Source: an uncultured cyanobacterium (lineage in GTDB: Bacteria; Cyanobacteriota; Cyanobacteriia; Cyanobacteriales; Nostocaceae). Taken from it: a stretch of DNA of 64,000 nt. The stretch is taken from the NCBI GenBank assembly GCA_963740315.1, contig CAVUDP010000002.1, forward strand, positions 1,888,001 to 1,952,000. Direction: 5' to 3'. Under the pieces are notes generated by a model that was not told the origin of the DNA, made no database searches, and worked only from the letters and a program-made list of their open reading frames with translations. How positions within the stretch are numbered: the stretch's first letter is position 1; each line of letters opens with the position of its first letter. Shown piece after piece: positions 47,736 to 59,661 of this stretch. The position numbers and the translations under genes were made by a program.

Positions 47736-49331
47736 TTAATTGTTCATTGAATTGAGCCAAACAGATTGTTGTAATACGGGAATACTTATTCCAGCTTTAT
47801 CGAAAGCAACTTTGAGACGACGACGGAATTCTCTGGCTACATCCCATTGTTTGAGAGGTTGGGTTTTAATCCAGATGCGAACCACTAAACCGCGATCGCC
47901 AAAGTTATCGACTCCTAAAACTTCAGGTGGTTCGATAATTTGATGTTCCCATCGCGTATCTTTATCCATTTCTAAACCAACAGTTTCAATTAGCTTCAAA
48001 ACTTGGTCAATATCCATTTGATAAGCGATCGGGATCGTCAAATCGGCACGGGACCAACGACTTGAAAGGTTAGCAACTATTTTTATTTCACTATTGGGAA
48101 TCGTAATTAAACGTCCTTCGGCATCGCGTACCTGCGTTATCCGTAAGTTGAGATTTTCTACCAATCCCCCCACGTCACCGACATTAATTACGTCACCCAA
48201 AGCGTACTGATCTTCTACAATAATTAAAAAGCCGTTGATTGCATCTTTAATCAAGCTTTGAGAAGCTAGGGAAAGAGCAACACCGATCAAACTTACACCA
48301 GCTAATAAAGGAACGATATCTATTCCTAAAGCCGTCAGCGCTACCAAAACACCGATTGCCAGCCAAACAAGAGTAATTATACTTTTTGATACACCAGAAA
48401 AAGTAGAAACTCGTAGTTGCAGTCTTTCGGAAGTTTCTGGAGTTATTAAAGTACTGCTGCGGACGAAAGCAGTTGTAAAGCGGTCAATTAATAGATAGGT
48501 GAGGCGAATTGCTACATAAGTTCCCAGTCCTACAATACCCAACCTTAAAGGAATTCGTATAGCTGCGATAATTCCGACTTCAATTGCTCGCGTGTAAGGA
48601 AACAAACTCAGTATTAATAAACTTCCGCCAGTCCAGATTACAGCCTGAGTTAGCTGAAAAAAACGTCGTTTGACTTCTAAAATATGCCGATTTTGCTGAT
48701 GGCTCAGTTGTGTTGTAATCGGTTTAGCCACTCGTACATCTGAAGTAGGCGGCTTTAACATGAAATTCCGTTTGGAACGACGGGATAAGTGCCAAACTCC
48801 CCAACTCATTAAAATCATTCCCCCGCCAATAGCTGCGGCTATCTTGGTTTGATTGATAATAAATTCAGGTCGTCGCTCCAGCTTGGCTTGTTTTAAACTG
48901 TCGTTGATATCTTGCTTCAAATTCAAAGCCAAAATTTGAGGCTGAACCTGTCGCAACTTTGCATCTTCTTGGGTGACAGTTAAAAGATATTGCCCGTTGA
49001 CATAAATTACTGGTAATCCATTTTGAGACTGAACCTCAATATTAAGCTTGGCATCATTCGAGCGGAGGTAATTTTTGCTAATTTCAGCCAGCTTTTGATT
49101 TATATCTCGCGATCGCTCATTAATACTTGCTCTTGGAGCAGCTATTTGAAACAAACGACGACCATCTAAATAAATCCAACTACTAACTACTTTGTTTTCT
49201 AAATCTCTAATATCTAACGAAGGTGTTTGTACTTGAGGTACAAAGGGAATCTGTGCCATGCCGACTTTGGCATCAATCCCCACAATTATTAATAACGAAC
49301 ATAAAGCAATAACAATAAATCGATAGCGCAA
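47736..49331 (-). CDS. MscS-family mechanosensitive channel
   Basis: ASQSLIKDAING..EDQYALGDVI..GLVENLNLRITQVRD..TIPNS motif; AGGAGG RBS before a TTG start. Confidence 0.92.
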   Translation of the reverse strand: MRYRFIVIALCSLLIIVGIDAKVGMAQIPFVPQVQTPSLDIRDLENKVVSSWIYLDGRRLFQIAAPRASINERSRDINQKLAEISKNYLRSNDAKLNIEVQSQNGLPVIYVNGQYLLTVTQEDAKLRQVQPQILALNLKQDINDSLKQAKLERRPEFIINQTKIAAAIGGGMILMSWGVWHLSRRSKRNFMLKPPTSDVRVAKPITTQLSHQQNRHILEVKRRFFQLTQAVIWTGGSLLILSLFPYTRAIEVGIIAAIRIPLRLGIVGLGTYVAIRLTYLLIDRFTTAFVRSSTLITPETSERLQLRVSTFSGVSKSIITLVWLAIGVLVALTALGIDIVPLLAGVSLIGVALSLASQSLIKDAINGFLIIVEDQYALGDVINVGDVGGLVENLNLRITQVRDAEGRLITIPNSEIKIVANLSSRWSRADLTIPIAYQMDIDQVLKLIETVGLEMDKDTRWEHQIIEPPEVLGVDNFGDRGLVVRIWIKTQPLKQWDVAREFRRRLKVAFDKAGISIPVLQQSVWLNSMNN

Positions 49332-49443
49332 TGTATATATACCTCCTTTTCTTGTTTGGAGTTAGCTGACACCGATTCTGACAAATAGTTTCTGCAAATG
49401 TACCTACCGTTAGGCAAGTTTTAACCCAAATTGGTATAAATTT

Positions 49444-49560
49444 TTCTCCCCCCTCTTCCCTATCTCCCCCTCTCCCCCTCTCCCCATCTCCCCCTCTCCC
49501 CATCTCCCCATCTCCCCCTCTCCCCCTCTCCCCATCTCCCCCTCTCCCACATCTCCCCCT
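49444..49560. repeat. STRR octamer array (CCCCCTCT/CCCCATCT)
   Basis: Long pyrimidine-rich tandem array in the divergent mscS/ahcY spacer. Confidence 0.88.
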
Positions 49561-49660
49561 CGGTTGACATTTTCGCTATCAAACGGGATATTGTGCAAAG
49601 AACCATATGGCATTTACAGTTTGAGATATAGATCATGCTTATTTGCCAGACTTGTTCTAA

Positions 49661-50995
<1,335 letters not shown>

Positions 50996-51041
50996 TTTCA
51001 TTCCAAGTTGAGATAAAATTTTCACTTTGACTTTTTTAATT

Positions 51042-51071
51042 GGATGGGCTATAATGCCCATCTTTTTTTTT
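51042..51071 (+). terminator. Intrinsic terminator after ahcY
   Basis: GATGGGC-TATAAT-GCCCATC followed by a T run. Confidence 0.8.
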
Positions 51072-51257
51072 GGCTAAGCAATATTACTTGTATTAAATTG
51101 CTGAAAAATAAAATTTGTTTTTCATAAAAAGTTTATTTTAGGTTAAAAATTCCGTAAACACACTACTAATTGTTGTATAGAAAACAGTGAATACATTTAT
51201 ATCTACTTTCTTTAACACAAATGAATATCGAAAGTTGGTACGATAATATACATTTAC

Positions 51258-51764
51258 TTGTTATTTACAGAAGACCTTATGAATCTAAATCTTGTAAAAA
51301 TCGGCAATTTTTTAGCAACATCATCTAATATCATTGCCAATCGCCATTTAAGCGAGTTCTGGTTTTGCAATATGCCTGAAGTTGAAATTGAACTTGAAGA
51401 TTTGCAAAAAGCCGTTATTCATTTACAAGATGCTGTAGATGTGATGAAGCCATTAGAAAATGCTGATAAGGTTGAAATACATGATTTCACCACTGTATTT
51501 TTATTTTTAGAATCAGCAAAAGATGCATTATTTCGAGCCAGCATTCCGAATGCAGCCTTTTCTATGGATAAAGTTATCAAAAATATTAGAGCAGCCTGTA
51601 AAACAAAATCGGAAAAACAGCAGAAAAGGTTGATTGCAGGAGTATTAGATGCTTTAAATCGGGTTTTGGACTCGATAGAAAAATCAATAGCTAATGTTGT
51701 AACGCCTATAATTACCCACATGAGTTACGAACAATTATTAACTAGGCTTGCAGCTTATTCATAG
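51258..51764 (+). CDS. Hypothetical helical protein
   Basis: 168-codon ORF in AT-rich DNA; start uncertain, no recognised motif. Confidence 0.55.
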   Translation: MLFTEDLMNLNLVKIGNFLATSSNIIANRHLSEFWFCNMPEVEIELEDLQKAVIHLQDAVDVMKPLENADKVEIHDFTTVFLFLESAKDALFRASIPNAAFSMDKVIKNIRAACKTKSEKQQKRLIAGVLDALNRVLDSIEKSIANVVTPIITHMSYEQLLTRLAAYS

Positions 51765-52418
51765 TCAAACTGCTACCACATGGAATAGCTTCAAAAAACT
51801 TCATCATAGTTTGATAGTTTGGGTGAGGTATTGCTGCCAGTTTGGCATTATTCGTATTGGATTTCTCTTTAAAGTAAATATTAATTGTCTCCTTTTTTCC
51901 TCCTCTACCTCTTGAAACAAGGGGCATTCCCGAAACAAAAGGAATAACAAAAGGAGCAAGTAGAAAAGCCAACCAAACCCTAAAAAAACCGGAACTGATT
52001 TATTCGCGGGCTATGTATCTTTTCGTTTGGTGAAATACGCGAACTCTAAAATTCAGACCGAAAATTTCTTATCCTGTTAGATTAGAGTAGAAAGTATAAC
52101 ATCTGAAGCGAACCCCACAAATCGTTCCGGAGGCTTAAAATGAAAAAGAGTCGGGAGCAACACCTTTGTATCTCACTTGCTGGCAACTGTTTATTTTTCT
52201 CTAAAAAAACAAAAACTACATAGATAACTGTGGGATTTTCGTGTTCGCAAGTTGGAACCAAAATTCAAGAAGTTTATTGTAAATAAATAGTAAAATAAAC
52301 TTTTCTTTCCAGAAAGTAAGAGTTAATCTCTTACAATTAGAATTTTAAAGTCCCGTTTTTCTTATCCCTTACTTGCTCATATCATAAAGGTAAACTTAAT
52401 TTTAACTGCCCAGAACTG

Positions 52419-52910
52419 ATGTTTAAAATCCCAAATTCTAAAAACTTGGCTACTCCATTAGATTATAAAGGAGTTTACCCTTGTCCGGTGTGTCGGGTAG
52501 GAAAAGTTCAAAATATGCCTTTAATGGAGGCAATGTCTTGTGATTTTTGCCATCAAATTTTTACCGTCAACTTAGAACAACAACAACTGAAAATGCCTTC
52601 GCGGGAACCTCCCTTAGTTTGGCGGTGGAAAGGATTTTACTGGACGGAAGCTCATTTAGAAGGAGTTGAATTTGGCTGGGGTTATATATTAGCAACAGTT
52701 GCTTTTGTGTTACTTCCTACTAGTTTAATAGGATTAGTTGCTTATAATTTTCCCCCAGATCCAAATGCTCCTTTATCTTGGGTTCCCTATATTTGGACGC
52801 TACTAACATTTTTTTCTCATTTAACAATTATTATTTGGCTGTTCATAGAGGTTTACCAAATTCCAATTCAAGCCTATTTTAGAGCTTTAAAACAGCGTTT
52901 TGTTAGTTAA
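52419..52910 (+). CDS. Membrane protein with N-terminal zinc ribbon
   Basis: CPVC..CDFC motif followed by two hydrophobic helices. Confidence 0.8.
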   Translation: MFKIPNSKNLATPLDYKGVYPCPVCRVGKVQNMPLMEAMSCDFCHQIFTVNLEQQQLKMPSREPPLVWRWKGFYWTEAHLEGVEFGWGYILATVAFVLLPTSLIGLVAYNFPPDPNAPLSWVPYIWTLLTFFSHLTIIIWLFIEVYQIPIQAYFRALKQRFVS

Positions 52911-53157
52911 GGTATCAAGTATTAATGATAAGGGAAATACTGTATGCGTTGGCGGCTTCCGCAAAATGTGTCTTTAGAATAAAGCTGCCACCGATATGTT
53001 ATTATCTATAAATAATTTTGCCTTCGCCCGCTATCTTTGAGATGGTGGGTTCGTTTATTTTGAACATTTACAGCATTTATATTCTCTATTCTTTGTTTCC
53101 TGTTTCCTGTTTCCTATACGTTAATATCCTAAATAATGTAAACGAATTGACTGCAAT

Positions 53158-53508
53158 ATGAAGCCAGATTCACTACTAACAGAAATCATCTTAACCTCAT
53201 CACATCAGTCTCTAGGCAACATCAAACTTGATTGGACACCACAACCTGGAAATTATATTGACTATCAAGGTAAAACCTACGCAGTTTTGGAGCGTCATCA
53301 CCGTTATCAGTTAAAGGAAGGACGCTATTGCTTGCACAAAATTGCTATTTACGTACAATCAGCAAAAAGACCAGATGAAAAAACCTTAGTGAACGGACGC
53401 TGGGTAATTGGTAACGCTAAGTGTAGCTACAACGCCCTTTCAGAAATTATCCGCTGTGCAGTCAATCCCGAAGGACCTTGCAAAGGCTGCAAGTATTTTG
53501 AAAATTAA
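53158..53508 (+). CDS. DUF6464-family protein
   Basis: PQPGNY..VLERHHRYQL..CSYNALSEIIRCAVNPEGPCKGC motif. Confidence 0.8.
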   Translation: MKPDSLLTEIILTSSHQSLGNIKLDWTPQPGNYIDYQGKTYAVLERHHRYQLKEGRYCLHKIAIYVQSAKRPDEKTLVNGRWVIGNAKCSYNALSEIIRCAVNPEGPCKGCKYFEN

Positions 53509-53555
53509 TTTTAAAATTAAAATGCTTTGATGCCTATTCTACACTTCCGGTGGTT

Positions 53556-54563
53556 CTAACTTTTTTCCTCCGGCGATCGCAATTCTTCCCCCACAGTTAA
53601 ACGGCTACCGTTAACAAAATCCCATCCCGACTGGGGACGTTTACCAGCTAACTGTACTTCTCGTAATAACAATAAACCATCTCCTGTTTGTACAATTGCT
53701 CCTATACCTTTAACAATGCTGACAACTTCTCCAGGTTTACCTGAGGGGCTTGATAATGGTAGCTTATTTTTTATTTCTTGAAGTGTAACTGGAAGTTGAT
53801 TCCAATACTCCGAATCAAGCGGTGCGGTGGCTGTAATCTTAATCGATCGCTCGCGGAATGTTGCCACACAATTGGGGTAGAAACCTCTAATTTTATTGTG
53901 TAATTCTATGGCACTTTTTGACCAATCCAAGTAATAATCTGATTTTTCGATCAAAGGCGCGTAAGTTGCTTTACTTTCATCTTGAGAAATAGGTTTAATT
54001 TCCTGACTTTGAAATTTTATAAGTGTTTCTACCAGTAAGTCTGCACCCATTAATGATAATTTTTCGGACAAATCTTGGGCATTATCAAGCAATTTAATCG
54101 GTGTAATAGCCTTGAGTAACATTGCGCCGGTATCCATACCCGCATCCATCAACATAGTCGTAATCCCGGTTTCTGATTCTCCATTATGCAAACACCATTG
54201 AATCGGGGCTGCACCTCGATATTGCGGTAAAATCGAACCATGCACGTTGATACAAGCTTTCGGCATATCCAGAATCTCTTGTGAGAGAATTTGCCCGTAA
54301 GCTACAACAACAAATACGTCTGCATCAATTTCTTTTAATTGACTTAAAGCCGTTTCATCTTTTTTTATTCGAGTCGGCTGCCATACAGGTAAATCCCTTG
54401 TCAAAGCAACACTTTTGACCGGGGAAGGTGTGATTTTCTTACCGCGTCCCCGAACTTTATCTGGCTGAGTAACAACAGCAATTACTTCAAAATCTGAGCG
54501 ATCGAGCAATTTTTCCAGCGTGGGAACGGCAAATTGGGGAGTACCGAAAAATACAACTTTCAT
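53556..54563 (-). CDS. fmt: Methionyl-tRNA formyltransferase
   Basis: [36 protein letters not shown] and MDAGMDTG motifs. Confidence 0.97.
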   Translation of the reverse strand: MKVVFFGTPQFAVPTLEKLLDRSDFEVIAVVTQPDKVRGRGKKITPSPVKSVALTRDLPVWQPTRIKKDETALSQLKEIDADVFVVVAYGQILSQEILDMPKACINVHGSILPQYRGAAPIQWCLHNGESETGITTMLMDAGMDTGAMLLKAITPIKLLDNAQDLSEKLSLMGADLLVETLIKFQSQEIKPISQDESKATYAPLIEKSDYYLDWSKSAIELHNKIRGFYPNCVATFRERSIKITATAPLDSEYWNQLPVTLQEIKNKLPLSSPSGKPGEVVSIVKGIGAIVQTGDGLLLLREVQLAGKRPQSGWDFVNGSRLTVGEELRSPEEKS

Positions 54564-55334
54564 AAAACCAACACAGCTAATTTTCAACTTTTAACAATAA
54601 CATTGCTGTTGGATCGCCGCCGCGATCGTCAATACTGCTTATGTAACAATAATTCAATAGATAGAGTGCAATTGATAAATTTATAGATTATACTGATGTT
54701 GGTATAGCGAAAGTCAAAAGTTTAATTTTTTTATACTTTAGTAGGAACCGAGCATTTATAGCTAAGCTTCCTTACTGATTAGCGTTACTTCTACTATTGC
54801 TACTGAAACTTATATATTATATGTTTCGTTGCCAAATACTAAGTAGCGCCTGTATTACGGCTTTTAATTTTTTTTTCTACTATTTATTAGATATTTCACA
54901 TCATAACCGGAATCGGCACCCGAAATGTGAAAGTACAAATACAACAGGTAGAATAATCTAGAATTCTAATGCCGACATCTATATTAAGTGATTTCAGCTA
55001 GATTTAGTTGTGTGTAATTCCTATTCCCACTGATAAGTATATATTGGCATCTATTTTTTGAGCCAGTATTTAGTTCAGCTGTAAAGAAGGCGGGTTTTTA
55101 TAACTACGCTCAAGTTTGCTACTTAATTGATTTTACCCAAACTATGATTTTTTCAACAATTGTTTAGAAAATTGAGTAAAAAAGCATACGCGATTTTGTA
55201 AAACTGTGCGAAATTAAAGTAGAGCATCTCGCTAAATCTTTAGTTCCCTGTTATACATAGAAAAGATAGCCTGCCCCATTGCGTTAGGCATTGCTCCTCC
55301 CACAGCAACCGCCCTCTAGAGAGTCAACCAAAAA

Positions 55335-56720
55335 ATGCTGAAACATCTTTTAATGTCAGGATGGTTCCGCGTGCAACCATTTCTCAAGTACGTATTAGTC
55401 GTAGTACTGATTGCGCCTTTAGTGGGAGCGTCAGCACATTCAAGCTCGGCAAAACAATCACAAGCTACCATTGTTGCCGCCGAAATGCCAGAATTGGATT
55501 CGGTGTTAGTAGAGGTTCCTATTGCTAGTGAATACAAATTATTACAACCAGAAACAGTCAAAACTTTGACATCGGATTCAGATGCCGATTCTGAATCGAT
55601 GAAAATGGCTGCGGTTATTGAGCCAAAAATAATACAGCCTCATGTAGTAGGGTCTTTAACAGTAGAGACTTTAACCGAAGGAAAAGAAGTAACACCTTAT
55701 GATAATTCTTTCTCCGTAAATTCCGTAGATTCCGTAGATTCCGTAGATGAAGATCCATTTGCTGAAGTTGAACTTGCACCATCTACTAATAGTTCTAATA
55801 ATAGTTCTAAAATAGTACCGAGAAAACTTCCTCTAAATAGAATTAAGTTGGTTCAGCGTCTGAAAGCTGGGAAAGCTGAATCTTCAACGAAAGATGTTTT
55901 AGTTGCTAAATTGGCAGGTACTAAATCACTCAAAGCAAGTAAAGTTATAGCTTTGAGAAGAAATTTAATTCCTCAACCGACCGATGCGCCCGTAGTAGAA
56001 GAACCAACTGAATCAGAATTATCCCAGCAAGATCCAATTGGAAGTCCTCATGCGATTCCTTGGAAATGGATAACCGCTACTCAAGAATCTGTAAGTGCTA
56101 ATACTGGTTCGGGAATACGTTACTACCGTAGCGTACCCGTAATTTCTCCGGATGGTCGTTATTCTATATACAGTCGCGTCAAGTTAGAAGTTAAGCCGCA
56201 AATGCACAAGAGCCGTGTTAGCAGCGTGCTATTTGTGGAAGATAGAGAAACCAAACAGCTAAAAGTTGTAGCATCGACTTCTGCTTTAGTAGATCCGTTA
56301 ATTAAAGCTAAGCAAATGCGGGGCGAAGACATCTCGATCCCTGGAAAAATCGGTGTATTAGTTCCAGTTAGCTGGTCAGAAAATGGCGAGAGTTTCTTAG
56401 CACGCAAATTTGAAGGTTTATTCAACACCGCTCACGCTTCAGATCAAGCATTAATTTGGAATCGTCAGAAAAATCGCGCTAATACAGTTGCTCCTTCTCG
56501 AAAGAATCACCAGTATGATATTGCTGTTTTATTAGGTTGGAGTAAAAATGCACCTGATAATGTAGTATTTCAAGCTGGCGAAATGGGTGAAGAAACTTGG
56601 TCTACAATTACAGTTGCCAATGATGGTAGAACAGTCACAACACCAGTTGTAGATCAGCCTACAACCTTTGATAGAAAAACTACTGATGTTTGGGCTGGAC
56701 CTCAAGTTGCTTATCAATAA
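55335..56720 (+). CDS. Exported hypothetical protein
   Basis: N-terminal signal-like segment, low-complexity middle, C-terminal domain DPIGSPH..SPDGRYS..LVPVSWS. Confidence 0.75.
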   Translation: MLKHLLMSGWFRVQPFLKYVLVVVLIAPLVGASAHSSSAKQSQATIVAAEMPELDSVLVEVPIASEYKLLQPETVKTLTSDSDADSESMKMAAVIEPKIIQPHVVGSLTVETLTEGKEVTPYDNSFSVNSVDSVDSVDEDPFAEVELAPSTNSSNNSSKIVPRKLPLNRIKLVQRLKAGKAESSTKDVLVAKLAGTKSLKASKVIALRRNLIPQPTDAPVVEEPTESELSQQDPIGSPHAIPWKWITATQESVSANTGSGIRYYRSVPVISPDGRYSIYSRVKLEVKPQMHKSRVSSVLFVEDRETKQLKVVASTSALVDPLIKAKQMRGEDISIPGKIGVLVPVSWSENGESFLARKFEGLFNTAHASDQALIWNRQKNRANTVAPSRKNHQYDIAVLLGWSKNAPDNVVFQAGEMGEETWSTITVANDGRTVTTPVVDQPTTFDRKTTDVWAGPQVAYQ

Positions 56721-56748
56721 TTCATGATTACGATCGTAATATTTAAAA

Positions 56749-56784
56749 TAATCCCGTTCTAGTAGACACTAAAACGGGATTTTT
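56749..56784. terminator. Probable bidirectional terminator
   Basis: AATCCCGTT..AACGGGATT stem with a T run, between convergent genes. Confidence 0.65.
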
Positions 56785-56907
56785 CATTTATGTATTTTAT
56801 TTTGGGTATGGGGCATGGAGTATTAGACTACTCCCTACTCCCTACTCCCTATTCTCTGTTGAAAGACAAAAGCACATACTTTCTTTATTCAAAAATATTA
56901 AATAAAA

Positions 56908-57207
56908 TTACTCAGACTTTTTTTCACCTTCCGACTCCGAAGCAGAGTCTTTGACTCGACGGATAGGTACATTGGCTATTAAAGCTGTTGTACGTTGGTT
57001 ACTTTCCAAAGAAAATTCCAAACCTTCAGCTTCAACTTCCACGTAGCGGCAAACAATTTCTAAAATTTCTTGCCGCATTTTTTCTATCATTTGAGGGCTT
57101 AAGTCCGCCCGATCATGAGCAATAACTAATTGCAGGCGACGTTTAACGTCATTGCGACTATTATCCTTACCGCGAAAAAAAAGTCGTTCTAAAAGTTCAA
57201 GAATCAT
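56908..57207 (-). CDS. minE: Cell division topological specificity factor MinE
   Basis: [28 protein letters not shown]. Confidence 0.96.
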   Translation of the reverse strand: MILELLERLFFRGKDNSRNDVKRRLQLVIAHDRADLSPQMIEKMRQEILEIVCRYVEVEAEGLEFSLESNQRTTALIANVPIRRVKDSASESEGEKKSE

Positions 57208-57237
57208 TGCAGCCTTATGAGCGCATACTGGATTTGA

Positions 57238-58044
57238 TTAAATAATTTTTGTCCACAATAACTTTCGGAGGCGAGAAAATAGGTTGTCTTGGGACGAGTC
57301 AAAATCAAGAAAATCTACTGTTTCTCCTTCCAATCTACGAGCAATGTTATTGTAAGCTGTGGCGGCTAAAGAAGGATTTTCTGATAAAACCAAAGGTTCG
57401 CCACGGTTGGTAGAAACAATTACCCGCTCGTCGTCAGGGATTACCCCAATTAGAGGAACTGCCAGAAGTTCTTGAACATCTTGCACTGACATCATATCAT
57501 TTAACCGAACCATTGCGGGTTTTATCCGGTTAATTATTAAGTGAATGCGCTTTACTCCTTGTGCTTCTAATAACCCTACTACCCGGTCAGCATCACGCAC
57601 GGCTGCGATTTCGGGAGTTGTAACAATTAAAGCTTCGTTTGCAGGGGCGATCGCATTTTTAAACCCCATTTCGATTCCAGCGGGGCTATCAACGATAATG
57701 TACTGGTATTTTTGCGCTAAAGCATTTACCAGCAACTTCATTTGGTCTGGGGTGACTGCTTCTTTGGTGCGATTTTGTGCCGCAGGTAGCAGTACTAAAT
57801 TGGGTTGCCGCTTATCTTTGACTAAAGCTTGTTCCAAACGACATTCTCTAGCCAAAACCTCCACCGCTGTGTAAACGATGCGGTTTTCGAGTCCCAACAA
57901 CAAATCCAAATTTCGCAGACCAAAATCAGCGTCAACTAATGCTACCTGGCGACCGAGTTTGGCTAAAGCCATGCCCAGATTGGCTGTAGTAGTGGTTTTT
58001 CCGACCCCTCCCTTACCGGAGGTAATGACAACAATTCGAGTCAT
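57238..58044 (-). CDS. minD: Septum site-determining ATPase MinD
   Basis: SGKGGVGKTT, DFGLRNLD and DSPAGIE motifs. Confidence 0.98.
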   Translation of the reverse strand: MTRIVVITSGKGGVGKTTTTANLGMALAKLGRQVALVDADFGLRNLDLLLGLENRIVYTAVEVLARECRLEQALVKDKRQPNLVLLPAAQNRTKEAVTPDQMKLLVNALAQKYQYIIVDSPAGIEMGFKNAIAPANEALIVTTPEIAAVRDADRVVGLLEAQGVKRIHLIINRIKPAMVRLNDMMSVQDVQELLAVPLIGVIPDDERVIVSTNRGEPLVLSENPSLAATAYNNIARRLEGETVDFLDFDSSQDNLFSRLRKLLWTKII

Positions 58045-58091
58045 GATTACGAACGCGCTCGTGATGGCATTAAAAAATATAGAACATTTAT

Positions 58092-58140
58092 TCAGTTACC
58101 AGTTATCAGTTATCAGTTATCAGTTATCAGTTATCAATTA
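58092..58140. repeat. STRR heptamer array (CAGTTAT)n
   Basis: Tandem heptamers in the minC-minD spacer. Confidence 0.85.
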
Positions 58141-58291
58141 ACAGCTTTTAACCACTTTTTATGAATGATTTATTCATAAGGCAATTACGTTCATCCTATT
58201 AAAAAATTACAGGCATCGTGGATGTGTCATATTATGTTGACTTTGATTCGATTGATAACTGTTCGCTGTTAACTGTTGACTGTAATCGTAT

Positions 58292-59437
58292 TTATGGCTC
58301 TTGACGGGATCTAGCTAATTGAACTCTAGAAAAATCATTAGCCTTGGTAATGCGGATTCCCTGTGTCGTCATATACGCAACTTCAGCATCAAGCTGCGTA
58401 GGTGATTTCTCTGGTGCCCTAGCCAAAGCATCGGCAATTCGCAACTGGGTTGGTTCCATTTGTAAAGCCATAATTGTGCATTCGCTGTTACCTTGGGCAC
58501 CAGCATGAGCTACCCCACGCAGACGACCCCAAATTAGAATATCGCCATCTGCGACTACAATACCACCTGGATTTACATCTCCCAAGATAATTACACTACC
58601 TCTGTGACGAATTTCTACACCAGATCGCACCGTTGTTTCCAGATATAGTGCTTCAGAGGGCGGTAATGAAGCCGTTTTGGATTCAAAGTTGAAAGCCTGT
58701 TTCGGCTGCAATTGTTCTACAGAATAACCAGCACCCGCAGCCGCGATCGCAGTTTGACGGCGACTGGTACCCACAGATTTGAGTAGCAAGGACATTTCGC
58801 TTAAGGTATCGGCAATATCTTGCAGTTGTCTGCTATCAAGTAAGCGATCGTGTGCTACCAAATGTACGTTTATTTTAGAGTTAAAAAACCGTTGCTGCGC
58901 TATAAGCCGCAGTTTCATTTGCTGCCAAATTTCAGACCAGGTGTATTCCGATACTTTATCTTCGGATACGGTTGGTAAAGTCAACACTAGTCTATCTTTT
59001 TCGCTTCTAATTTCTACCTGTATTTTGTGATTTGCCGCATTTTCTAACAACGGCGTATCAAGGTTTATCTCATCATCAATCTGTTGTTCAATTTCATTTT
59101 CCTTGATTGTTGGTTCACCAACCGATCGATCTAAAGTTGGATGATAATTTTCTTCAACGCTAGTACCATCAAAAACAGGCTCAAGATATGGATTAACAGT
59201 AGAATTTTCTTCAACGCTAGTACCATCGAAGACAGATTGATATGGATTAACAGTAGAATTATCTTCAGCAGTAGCTGGATCTTCAACTAGCTTTGAGGAA
59301 AGATTGACATTATTTGGACTGGAAATAAAAGTAACTTCTGTCACGGTAGATTCCTCATCCGAACTAGTAACTGAGGAATCTGTCTGAGAAACATCATTGT
59401 TAGAATTAGAATTTGGGATAGCTGAATCAGAAGTCAT
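58292..59437 (-). CDS. minC: Septum site-determining protein MinC with long acidic N-terminal extension
   Basis: TVRSGVEI..GDVNPGG..GRLRGVAHAG..PTQLRIAD motif; upstream of minDE. Confidence 0.95.
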   Translation of the reverse strand: MTSDSAIPNSNSNNDVSQTDSSVTSSDEESTVTEVTFISSPNNVNLSSKLVEDPATAEDNSTVNPYQSVFDGTSVEENSTVNPYLEPVFDGTSVEENYHPTLDRSVGEPTIKENEIEQQIDDEINLDTPLLENAANHKIQVEIRSEKDRLVLTLPTVSEDKVSEYTWSEIWQQMKLRLIAQQRFFNSKINVHLVAHDRLLDSRQLQDIADTLSEMSLLLKSVGTSRRQTAIAAAGAGYSVEQLQPKQAFNFESKTASLPPSEALYLETTVRSGVEIRHRGSVIILGDVNPGGIVVADGDILIWGRLRGVAHAGAQGNSECTIMALQMEPTQLRIADALARAPEKSPTQLDAEVAYMTTQGIRITKANDFSRVQLARSRQEP

Positions 59438-59661
59438 GCAACACCAGCCAAAACGCGGACATCAAGCAATTCTCGAATATTTAATAACGGGTATTGTAGT
59501 TTTAAAAAATATCCATGATGCGTCTTTTTCTCACAATCTTTCATAAATTAGAAGTATTGGTTATTTAACGCACTAGTTAAGCCAATAAGATTTGGATATT
59601 GGATAATTTTTTAATTTCCCGCTCGGTTTGCGAACCTTTGTTTTATTAAAATGAATCAACC

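Noticed and set aside
49273..49613. Gly/Glu/Arg-rich ORFs upstream of the MscS gene
   Set aside because: Translations of the octamer STRR array.
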